This document shows, piece after piece, positions 6,720-14,399 of a stretch of DNA of 64,000 bases. Numbering within the stretch: position 1 is the stretch's first letter; each line of letters opens with the position of its first letter. The position numbers and the translations under genes were made by a program. Below the pieces are notes generated by a model. That model saw only the letters and a program-made list of their open reading frames with translations. It did no database searches and was not told where the DNA came from. Source of the stretch: Oscillospiraceae bacterium (GTDB lineage Bacteria > Bacillota > Clostridia > Oscillospirales > Ruminococcaceae); NCBI GenBank assembly GCA_017432285.1, contig JAFRJM010000015.1, forward strand, positions 19,955 to 83,954. Reading direction: 5' to 3'.

Positions 6720-9449
6720 ATGACGATAGATAATAAGATTTCAAATATAAATGACATTATCTGTAGAAATATAGATTTAATTGATTTCGACGGAGTGACA
6801 AGGGCCTTGGTGGCACAGAATCTTTTAAGTCAGTCCAGGAATCTTGTCGAGCATATTGCTTTGAAGATTTTTTCTCAGGGAAAGGATATTGACGTTGACT
6901 GGGATACCATTCCGCAAGCAATGGAGTTTATAAAGCGGGATAACAAATATCAGTTTCTGCGTAGTTTTCACTCTTTTTTACAAGAGTCGAAGTCACATTA
7001 TACTCCGGATAACGAAGGCGCTGAAAGGTTAGTAATAAAGTATTATCAGTATTATTTGCAAATACGGGAATTCATGAAACAAGAATATCATGTTAATATC
7101 CTTCAGAACATTGAAAAATTCCCAATCGATACAGATGATACGGTTCAGGAATATCAGAAAAAGATAGCTTTACTTATTGATCGACCTTATGATATTCGTA
7201 GTTTTTCTCATGAACCAAGGATGTATGTTCACAAAACGGTTCCTTTTATTGTCTCAAACCGGTTATACTATGAAATTACATTAACACCCGCCTATGATAC
7301 TACGAGCAAGTTTGATCGCTTTGTTTGCTATTCATCCATCATGGTCCCTTGCCATTACTCTATTAAATCTGATATTCATTATGAGAAGATCGACATCAGA
7401 GGAAGGAAAATGCCGGTAAATATTCTTACTGATTTTGTTGTTTCAGTAAGGCCGTGCGAATTGAATAATTATGCCAGTCTTTTTGGTGCCAAAATTAAGA
7501 TGTCTGCCTCGCATTCAGAATACACAGGGATGATGTCATATTTGTCTAAATCTGGCGTGAGCTTGCTGGATATTGTCAATTCATCAGAGAGCGAATATGT
7601 CTGGATAAAACGTCAGATGTTCAGTCGAAGTCAGGCACATCACTTTGAACCGATTCTTGACAAAAGTAGAGATATAATCAGCAAGAATAAACCTGGTTCA
7701 AATGTTATCAGGTATCTTCTACATACCTTAAACAACAAAATTATAAAAACGCAGAGAAATGATAAAAGCAATTTTAGGCTTTCAGATTTGTATCTGCAGT
7801 GGGGTTGTATTCCTTTTGATACGATGCCATTCGCCTCTTCGCTGATGCAACACAACCCTGGGGATCGCGAATTGTTTGGCAGCATTAGCTCGGAAGGGCG
7901 TGAGCACGAGATCCTTGCGAGATACATTCATATGAATATGAGCACCAATTCTCGGCTATATACTCCGGTAAAGGAACTCGAAGAGTACACGGATGATATT
8001 GATGAAAAAGTCCGACATTTTAACGAGCTTCTATATAGCGGTCATTCGGGACGGCGGATTGAAAGATTTGGGCAGAATCTCTATGTAAAAGAATCATATG
8101 ATCATACAAAACTAATCATAGAAAAGCTGCAGGAGATGGCACAAGAAGGAGTTCAAGGATATTCGGATGCAATAGATTTCTGGATAATGCTTGAGGCCGA
8201 TATTGATAGCGAAGAAAAGAAAAGCATACTTAGTTCAATGTTTACAAACACCCATATATCCTTAATCTATGGTGCGGCTGGGACTGGAAAAACATATATT
8301 ATTAATCATATAGCTCAGTTTTTTGATGATCAGTCAAAGCTATTCCTTGCGAATACAAATCCGGCGGTTGATAATCTTCGGCGTAAAGTAAGCGCACAAA
8401 ATTGTGAATTCATGACCATCCGTAAATATCTGATGACCAAGTATATAGATACTGAGTATGACATTCTGGTGATAGATGAGTGCAGCATGGTCAGTAACGC
8501 AGATATGGCGGCTCTTTTGGAGAAAGTGAAATTTGAACTTCTTGTATTAGTGGGAGATACTTACCAGATAGAATCAATTGTATTTGGGAATTGGTTCGCC
8601 ATGGCAAGGTATTTTGTCCCTAAGTATGCATGGAACGAACTTGTAAAACCGTACAGAACAGAGGATACTAGATTATTAGAGTTGTGGAAAAAAGTCCGAG
8701 ACTTGGATAATGATTTGACAGAGTATATCGTGAATCATGAATATGCTTCGAATCTGAATGATACAGTATTTGATAAAAAGTCTGATGACGAGATTATTCT
8801 CTGTTTGAATTATGATGGGCTATATGGAATAAATAATATTAATAGATATCTTCAGGAGAATAATAAGAACAAACCATTTAGGTGGGGAGTATGGACATTT
8901 AAAGTCGGCGATCCTATTCTTTTCAATGAATCAGAACGATTTGCTCCAGCACTATATAATAATCTCAAGGGAACTATCATAAATATTGAACTTGACCAAG
9001 ACAATGATAGCATCTGGTTTACAATTGAAGTCGATAAGAGACTAACAGCTTTGGATGTCAGGCATAACGGACTTGAATTACTGGACCCAATAAGCAAGGG
9101 TAAATCGGTTGTTAGGTTCTACGTATCTAAAAAGCGAGATGCAGATGATGATAATGACTATGCTGATGATACAGATATTCCTTTTCAGATAGCTTATGCT
9201 GTATCAATCCATAAAGCGCAAGGTTTAGAATATGATTCAGTCAAGGTTGTAATCACTAAAGACATTGATGAGATGATTACGCATAATATATTTTATACTG
9301 CTATTACTAGATCAAGAAGGTACTTAAAGATTTATTGGAGTCCAGAAAGTCAGCATAAGGTGCTTAGTAGCTTTACAATAGCAAACGCGAAACGTGATGC
9401 TTCTATATTCTCTGGGCAATCACAAATCAAAATGAAAAAGTTACAATAG
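6720..9449 (+). CDS. SF1B (RecD/Dda/Pif1-like) helicase with ~515-aa uncharacterised N-terminal region
   Basis: 909 aa. Walker A 'YGAAGTGKTY' (nt 8271-), Ia 'LANTNPAVDNL', Walker B 'LVIDECSMV', III 'LVGDTYQIESI', V/VI 'YAVSIHKAQGLEYDSVKVV' and 'FYTAITRSRRYLKIY'. An SH3-like insert ('FKVGDPILFNE..GTIINIE') is typical of RecD-family helicases. Residues 1-515 have no motif I can assign. Confidence 0.75.
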   Translation: MTIDNKISNINDIICRNIDLIDFDGVTRALVAQNLLSQSRNLVEHIALKIFSQGKDIDVDWDTIPQAMEFIKRDNKYQFLRSFHSFLQESKSHYTPDNEGAERLVIKYYQYYLQIREFMKQEYHVNILQNIEKFPIDTDDTVQEYQKKIALLIDRPYDIRSFSHEPRMYVHKTVPFIVSNRLYYEITLTPAYDTTSKFDRFVCYSSIMVPCHYSIKSDIHYEKIDIRGRKMPVNILTDFVVSVRPCELNNYASLFGAKIKMSASHSEYTGMMSYLSKSGVSLLDIVNSSESEYVWIKRQMFSRSQAHHFEPILDKSRDIISKNKPGSNVIRYLLHTLNNKIIKTQRNDKSNFRLSDLYLQWGCIPFDTMPFASSLMQHNPGDRELFGSISSEGREHEILARYIHMNMSTNSRLYTPVKELEEYTDDIDEKVRHFNELLYSGHSGRRIERFGQNLYVKESYDHTKLIIEKLQEMAQEGVQGYSDAIDFWIMLEADIDSEEKKSILSSMFTNTHISLIYGAAGTGKTYIINHIAQFFDDQSKLFLANTNPAVDNLRRKVSAQNCEFMTIRKYLMTKYIDTEYDILVIDECSMVSNADMAALLEKVKFELLVLVGDTYQIESIVFGNWFAMARYFVPKYAWNELVKPYRTEDTRLLELWKKVRDLDNDLTEYIVNHEYASNLNDTVFDKKSDDEIILCLNYDGLYGINNINRYLQENNKNKPFRWGVWTFKVGDPILFNESERFAPALYNNLKGTIINIELDQDNDSIWFTIEVDKRLTALDVRHNGLELLDPISKGKSVVRFYVSKKRDADDDNDYADDTDIPFQIAYAVSIHKAQGLEYDSVKVVITKDIDEMITHNIFYTAITRSRRYLKIYWSPESQHKVLSSFTIANAKRDASIFSGQSQIKMKKLQ

Positions 9450-9483
9450 CAGAAAACATATTGTTACAAACAATAGCAGAAAA
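9443..9483 (+). repeat. 14-nt direct repeat ACAATAGCAGAAAA x2 (27-nt period) spanning the helicase stop codon
   Basis: Read directly: 9443-9456 and 9470-9483. The first copy contains the TAG stop at 9447-9449. Confidence 0.9.
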
Positions 9484-9891
9484 GTGAGGATTTACGTACA
9501 CTATGCCGTTATCCATCGCCCTAGGATGCAATGGGTATGAGGCACATATGCAGCAAATCCTTAGTCCATACGGGGTTTGAGTTATAATTGGGTCACGATT
9601 TTTGCTTACAGAAACCGCCAGAATCAAGCAAAACCGAGCGTAAAACGTAAAACCATCTCAGTCTTCACGGGTGTTTTCAGAAGTGTCTGGCAGTCTTGCA
9701 AGAGATAATGAAATTCTGCAAGCGTTATATATGATGACTACATTTATGCTCAACTCTAGGGCTTGCTTTGCTGTGATTAAATATTCATAGTTTTTAATAT
9801 GTATGTAAACTAACCTAAAACTATAATCCTTTGATATCAAATAAGTGAATTCTTTCAACTCTCCATAAGTTGAGCCTTTAAGGCATAACTT

Positions 9892-9920
9892 TTGACAATC
9901 TTTTCAGTCAATGATAAGAT
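9892..9920 (+). promoter_or_regulatory. Sigma-A-type promoter candidate (TTGACA -17 nt- extended -10 TGaTAAGAT)
   Basis: TTGACA 9892-9897, 17-nt spacer, TG at 9912-9913, TAAGAT 9915-9920. It would start a ~230-nt leader for the channel gene at 10160. Confidence 0.5.
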
Positions 9921-10159
9921 TACTGATAAGAGTTGAATCTTGCCCGAGCGATAGCTTACCGTATATTGTGTAAGTATATTAAATTATACGGTTTGTATAT
10001 AAGCGCATCTGCTATAGTTACGTTTAAAACACAAAGAGTGGGAATAGTAGAGCAAATCACGGAAATCCTTATAAATAGGCTTTATCAAAGTCGCGTTTTT
10101 CAGCCGTATATAATTGTGGTTGAAAACGCGACTTTTTTAGTATAAAAGGTTTTGGTACA
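9921..10159 (+). promoter_or_regulatory. Structured 5' leader / candidate transcription attenuator (class unknown)
   Basis: Hairpin ACCGTATA (9958-9965) / TATACGGT (9985-9992). The 8-mer CCGTATAT recurs at 10104-10111 in the loop of the terminator hairpin 10090-10132. T6 tract ends 22 nt before ATG 10160. The 70-codon TTG ORF 9933-10145 has no RBS and is more likely non-coding. Confidence 0.4.
10090..10138 (+). terminator. Intrinsic terminator hairpin + T6 inside the leader
   Basis: GTCGCGTTTTTCA (10090-10102) pairs with TGAAAACGCGAC (10121-10132): 12 bp with one bulged T. Followed by TTTTTT 10133-10138. Confidence 0.65.
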
Positions 10160-12010
10160 ATGAAAAAAAAAGATCAGGTGATTATTATGGGGAAACCTTC
10201 ATTTAAAAAGAGATTTCGTTATTGGCTAGATCGAAGAATGGCCAAAGGGACTGCCAGCATGGTTAAGTTATTATTGATCATGGTTTTGACGGCCGTTATT
10301 TTTGTAACGATTTTAGTTGTTACCTTTCATTTACAGAAAGATAGCAAACCTATAATTGCGATATTCTGGGACAATTTAAGATCCGCCATGTCTTCATCTT
10401 TTCCGTCTTCTGATTCAGGTTCGCTATTATACATCGTCTTATATACGCTGTTAGGTCTGACAGGCATGGTTTTCACCGGCATGCTTATAGGTATCTTCTC
10501 TAGTGCGATGCGGGGAAAGGTCATCGCTCTACAAGAAGATAATCCGGAAATTATCGAAAAAGGACATACGGTAATTCTGGGATTCAGAATCGGTGAGTAT
10601 GCGTTGTTGAATGAATTAATCAAATCGACCGAAGGTGAGAGAAGAACCATCGTCGTAGTTGAAGACATGAAAAGGCAGGATATGGAACAAGCCATCAGAA
10701 ACAATGTCAATGTACCCAGAAACATCCGTCTGATATCTATTAAAGCCGATACCACCAGTCCTAATGCTTTAGCATGTTGTGCAATACCTGACTGTTCGAT
10801 GCTTGTCTTACATACCGGTGATAAAGGCAGAACAATCAAGACCTTATTGGCTATAGAAGTATTATTAATGAACAGCGATAAGCGTCCCGTTATTGTTGCC
10901 TCGGTTGATTCCAAAGAAGAGATCTTCTCTAAAGAAACGCTTAAAGAACGTGGCATATCAATGCTTTATTCAGGTAATGTGATTGCCAGGATTATTGCAC
11001 ATTCTGCAACGCAAACGGGTATCTATGAAGCATTATTGGATATGATAGATTATGATAATTTTGAATTCTACTTTGAATCCGGAAAAGAACTTGCCGGTAT
11101 GCCATTTGGTAAGGCAATGCTTGCTGCTAAGAAAGCTATTATCGTAGGTCTTTATCGTAATGATAAAGCGATCATCAATCCTGACAAAAGCGAGACCATC
11201 CTAGAAGATGATGTCTTAATCGTCTTTGAAGAAGAACCCGGAGATCTAATGGTCGAAAACATTGACGATATAGCAATTCCTGAATCTAAACCATTACCAG
11301 TATCAGAGCCGATTGAAGAAATAGCTATCTTGGGGATCAATCAATCCATACTGACCATTCTTAATGAATTGCCTGACAATATCAGACAGATAAAACTGAT
11401 CGGCATAAACAGTCATGATAAGGAAACCTATATCCCTAAAGACTTAGAGCTATCTTCAGAGTTGATTTATGACTCCCGTAATACCAATAAAGATCTTATC
11501 TTGGCGGAAATGCTTAAAAACACCAAACACTTATGCATCTTGGCTGATCATAAGAAAAAAGAAGAAGAAGCTGATACAGATACAATGATCAGGATCATCC
11601 GTCTAAGAAATATTAAAAAACGCTTCAATTTAAATTTTACTATTACCGCAGAAATGCGTTGTGAAAACAACCGCAATCTGATAACTTCTAAAGAAAACGA
11701 AGACTTTGTGGTTGCCACTGATCTGTCTTCAATGATGCTGGCACAGATCACCAACGATATAAGAAGAACGGAAGTATTTACCGAGCTGTTAGATGAAATC
11801 GGTTCAGAAGCTTATATGAAATCCATAAAAGATCTGGGTCTGGTTGCTAAAAAGTATACATATAGTGAATTGCAAAGCTCTTTATACGCTTATGACTACA
11901 TCTTGATCGGCATCAAAAAAGCCAATGAGAAATTCAAGGTATTAACAAATACCAATGACCTGATAGAATTAGATGAAAATGATTCAATAATAATTATTGG
12001 TGAAGAATAA
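10160..12010 (+). CDS. CASTOR/POLLUX-like putative cation channel with tandem RCK/TrkA-like domains
   Basis: 616 aa. Two N-terminal TM helices flank a pore-like loop 'SSFPSSDSGS' (compare the ADxGN filter of CASTOR/POLLUX). Two Rossmann-like starts follow: 'GHTVILGFRIGEYALLNELI' and 'EIAILGINQSILTILNEL'. Alternative start ATG 10187 has a better RBS (AGGTGA). An A9 run follows ATG 10160. Confidence 0.55.
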   Translation: MKKKDQVIIMGKPSFKKRFRYWLDRRMAKGTASMVKLLLIMVLTAVIFVTILVVTFHLQKDSKPIIAIFWDNLRSAMSSSFPSSDSGSLLYIVLYTLLGLTGMVFTGMLIGIFSSAMRGKVIALQEDNPEIIEKGHTVILGFRIGEYALLNELIKSTEGERRTIVVVEDMKRQDMEQAIRNNVNVPRNIRLISIKADTTSPNALACCAIPDCSMLVLHTGDKGRTIKTLLAIEVLLMNSDKRPVIVASVDSKEEIFSKETLKERGISMLYSGNVIARIIAHSATQTGIYEALLDMIDYDNFEFYFESGKELAGMPFGKAMLAAKKAIIVGLYRNDKAIINPDKSETILEDDVLIVFEEEPGDLMVENIDDIAIPESKPLPVSEPIEEIAILGINQSILTILNELPDNIRQIKLIGINSHDKETYIPKDLELSSELIYDSRNTNKDLILAEMLKNTKHLCILADHKKKEEEADTDTMIRIIRLRNIKKRFNLNFTITAEMRCENNRNLITSKENEDFVVATDLSSMMLAQITNDIRRTEVFTELLDEIGSEAYMKSIKDLGLVAKKYTYSELQSSLYAYDYILIGIKKANEKFKVLTNTNDLIELDENDSIIIIGEE

Positions 12011-12087
12011 GCAATAATTATAAAAAGCCAATGCAAAACCAAGAATCCATAAAAAACGCAGTATAGAGCAGGAGTGAGAAAAAGCAC

Positions 12088-12113
12088 AAATCCTGGAGTA
12101 ATATCCAGGATTT
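12088..12113 (+). terminator. Terminator-like hairpin after the channel gene
   Basis: AAATCCTGG (12088-12096) / CCAGGATTT (12105-12113), perfect 9 bp, 8-nt loop; modest T-rich tail 'atttagt'. Confidence 0.5.
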
Positions 12114-12259
12114 ATTTAGTGGCAATCGAGAATTCAATCGTAAAATTTTGCGATTTATTATGGTAAAATTATACAAATAGTGTCTGCATGACAAAAATGC
12201 AATACACATTTTTTCTCTTTTTATTTTCACCTTAACAGCCAACAATAAGGAGGCACTTA

Positions 12260-14200
12260 ATGAAGTTTTCGAAAACTTATTCACCTTACAAAATTGGCAG
12301 TCTCGAGGTAAAGAACAGACTGATCGTTCCGGCAATGGACTCAGGCGTATTTGATCCTAAGGGATTTGTTTATCAGCCCACATTGGATTATTACGGTGCC
12401 CGTGCTGCCGGTGGTTTCGGACTTGTCATCATCGAGATTACAGCAGTTGAACCAACAGGTGTGGGAATGCCCTGTGAGCCTGCAGGCTGGACTGACGAAT
12501 GCATCCCCGGCATGACGGAGCTTGCAAAAGTCATCCATGACGGCGGCGCAAAAACCCTGGTTCAGTTACACCACGCAGGCCGTGAAACTGTTTCCGCTCT
12601 TGCAGGAAAAGTTGTGGCACCTTCTTCTGTCCCCTGCCCGACAAACCGTGAGACTCCGAAAGAGTTCACTACTCAGGAAGTATATGATCTCATTCAGCAC
12701 TACGTAGATGCTGCAGTTCGTATGCAGAAAGCTGGTTTCGACGGTGTCGAAATCCACGCATCACACGGTTACATGGGCGGCCAGTTCCTATCACCCAGAT
12801 CCAATAAGCGTGTTGATGAATTCGGTGGCGGTCTTGACGGACGTGCTTTGTTCATGAAGTTAGTCGTTGAAGGCATCAAGAAAACCTGCGGACCGGACTT
12901 CGTAGTCACCGCAAGACTTTCCTCAAAAGAAAACAGAATTGGCGGCTTGGAGATGGAAGAGACTGTAGTATTTGCTTCTATGCTTGAAGAATACGGTTAT
13001 GATGCTCTCCATATCTCAGCGGGTACATATGAGACCTGGGAGACCATCGTTCCTCCGACCGCTTGGCAGTCTGGCTGGAACCTCTCCAGTGCAAAACGTA
13101 TTAAAGATGCTGTAGACATTCCAGTATTCTCTGTAGGACTCTTCCATGATCCGTTCACAATCGAGACAGCTCTCCGCCGCGGAGACTGCGATGCTATCTC
13201 TCTCGGACGTCAGTCCATTGCCGACCCTGCTTATCCGAAAAAAGCAGAAGAAGGCGAGATGGAAGATATCATCCCCTGCATCGGCTGCACCCAGAGATGC
13301 ATGGAATTCAACTATCCTGAGAACCTGATGCCTGGCGACTGGGGCGTAGGATGCATGTACAATCCTCAATCCAGCCACAGAGCAGACCGTATGCTCACAA
13401 AGACCGATGCTCCTAAGAACGTCGTGGTAGTTGGAGCTGGCCCTGGCGGTATGACAGCTGCTTGGATGTCTGCATTCCGTGGTCACAAGGTAACACTCCT
13501 TGAGAAAAATGATAAACTGCAGGCCGGCGGACAGCTCAGAATCGGAGCTTATCCTCCTTTCAAACAGCCTCTCACCCGTGAGATCCGCTTCATGCTTCAT
13601 ATGTGCGAAAAGAACGGCGTAGACATGCGCTGGAATACAGAAGCAACACCGGAACTCATCAAAGAGCTTGCACCTGATGTATTGGTAATGGCGACTGGTG
13701 CCACCCCGATCGTTCCTGGTATTAAGGGACTTAAGGAAACAGGTGTCGTGCTTGCAAATGATGTGCTTCTCGGATCCCCTGTCCTCCAGCAAAGCGCTCT
13801 CATCATAGGCGGCGGCGAAGTAGGTGCAGAAACAGCAGAGTATGCTACAGATTACTGTTCACGCGTAGCCATCGTTGAGATGATGCCTGAGATCGTTCCT
13901 ACCCTCTATCTCACAGTTCGCAATGCGATGCTGGCAAGAATGAAGGAAGAAGAGATCGAAATCCATACCAACACCAAAGTAGTCGAGTTCATTCCTGGCG
14001 GCGTTATCGCTGAAAAGGACGGAAAGCAGATAACCCTCGACGGATTCGATACTGTCATTCTTGCTCTTGGTTCAAGACCCTATGTCCCGTTTGATGCAGA
14101 AGGCCTTGCCGAGAAGGTATACACGATCGGAGATGCCGATGCGGTTAAAGACGCAAAGTGGGCTATCTACAAAGGATACCGCACTGCGATGGAAATCTAA
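12260..14200 (+). CDS. OYE-family NADH:flavin oxidoreductase fused to FAD/NAD(P) domain (2,4-dienoyl-CoA / enoate reductase architecture)
   Basis: 646 aa. 'LIVPAMDS', 'VQLHHAGR', 'GVEIHASHGYMGGQFLSPRSNKR' (OYE barrel); Cys cluster 'CIGCTQRC...GVGC' (4Fe-4S type); 'VVVVGAGPGGMTAA' and 'LIIGGGEVGAE' dinucleotide folds. AAGGAGG RBS. Confidence 0.9.
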   Translation: MKFSKTYSPYKIGSLEVKNRLIVPAMDSGVFDPKGFVYQPTLDYYGARAAGGFGLVIIEITAVEPTGVGMPCEPAGWTDECIPGMTELAKVIHDGGAKTLVQLHHAGRETVSALAGKVVAPSSVPCPTNRETPKEFTTQEVYDLIQHYVDAAVRMQKAGFDGVEIHASHGYMGGQFLSPRSNKRVDEFGGGLDGRALFMKLVVEGIKKTCGPDFVVTARLSSKENRIGGLEMEETVVFASMLEEYGYDALHISAGTYETWETIVPPTAWQSGWNLSSAKRIKDAVDIPVFSVGLFHDPFTIETALRRGDCDAISLGRQSIADPAYPKKAEEGEMEDIIPCIGCTQRCMEFNYPENLMPGDWGVGCMYNPQSSHRADRMLTKTDAPKNVVVVGAGPGGMTAAWMSAFRGHKVTLLEKNDKLQAGGQLRIGAYPPFKQPLTREIRFMLHMCEKNGVDMRWNTEATPELIKELAPDVLVMATGATPIVPGIKGLKETGVVLANDVLLGSPVLQQSALIIGGGEVGAETAEYATDYCSRVAIVEMMPEIVPTLYLTVRNAMLARMKEEEIEIHTNTKVVEFIPGGVIAEKDGKQITLDGFDTVILALGSRPYVPFDAEGLAEKVYTIGDADAVKDAKWAIYKGYRTAMEI

Positions 14201-14218
14201 AAACTATCACTACAATTT

Positions 14219-14256
14219 GTTCCCGGGGAAGCAATTCCCTGGGAACTCTTCTTATT
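14219..14256 (+). terminator. Intrinsic terminator
   Basis: GTTCCCGGGGAA / TTCCCTGGGAAC hairpin (one G-T pair) followed by 'tcttcttatttg'. Confidence 0.7.
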
Positions 14257-14399
14257 TGCGTACCATATCAAAGCAATATTCCCTAAATATCTGTCTTGAG
14301 ATATTATACAAATATTAGGAATAACTTTATTTGAGCGAAAACAAGTATCATTCATGCATGTTAAAAGCTCGCATCTGTATGCTTAACGGAGGTATTGAA

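Noticed and set aside
6837-6854. 'SRNLVEH' (R40-x4-H45) near the N-terminus of the helicase, considered as a third HEPN motif.
   Set aside because: It lies only ~40 residues from the N-terminus, too early to be helix 4 of a HEPN four-helix bundle. A short motif like this is likely to match by chance.
9658-9858. 66-aa minus-strand ORF (MKEFTYLISKDYSF...) and the 9427-9627 (-) ORF in the helicase/channel spacer.
   Set aside because: TTG start directly abutting a GGAGAG (no spacing) and no recognisable family. The 9427-9627 ORF reads through the direct repeats and the helicase 3' end.
9933-10145. 70-aa ORF, and the idea of a ydaO/c-di-AMP riboswitch upstream of the channel gene.
   Set aside because: The ORF has a TTG start, no RBS, and overlaps a terminator hairpin. 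The leader lacks the GC-rich conserved segments I recall for ydaO, so I report it only as an unclassified leader.
13016-13792. Long antisense ORFs inside well-supported genes. Examples: 13016-13792 (-), 21184-21999 (+), 30551-31372 (+), 40116-40904 (+), 46726-47574 (-), 58624-59361 (-), 60918-61493 (-), 10327-10956 (-).
   Set aside because: Each lies entirely opposite a gene with clear family motifs. They have no RBS, and their low-complexity, Arg/Ser/Cys-rich translations are typical of shadow frames.
14331-14399. N-terminal extensions in the ORF track. Affected starts: 14331, 1433, 23263, 27615, 34183, 36649, 43424, 46036, 48667, 49727, 54654.
   Set aside because: The extensions begin at TTG/GTG or at ATGs without an RBS. 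A downstream ATG with a GGAGG-type RBS coincides with the start of family homology in each case.
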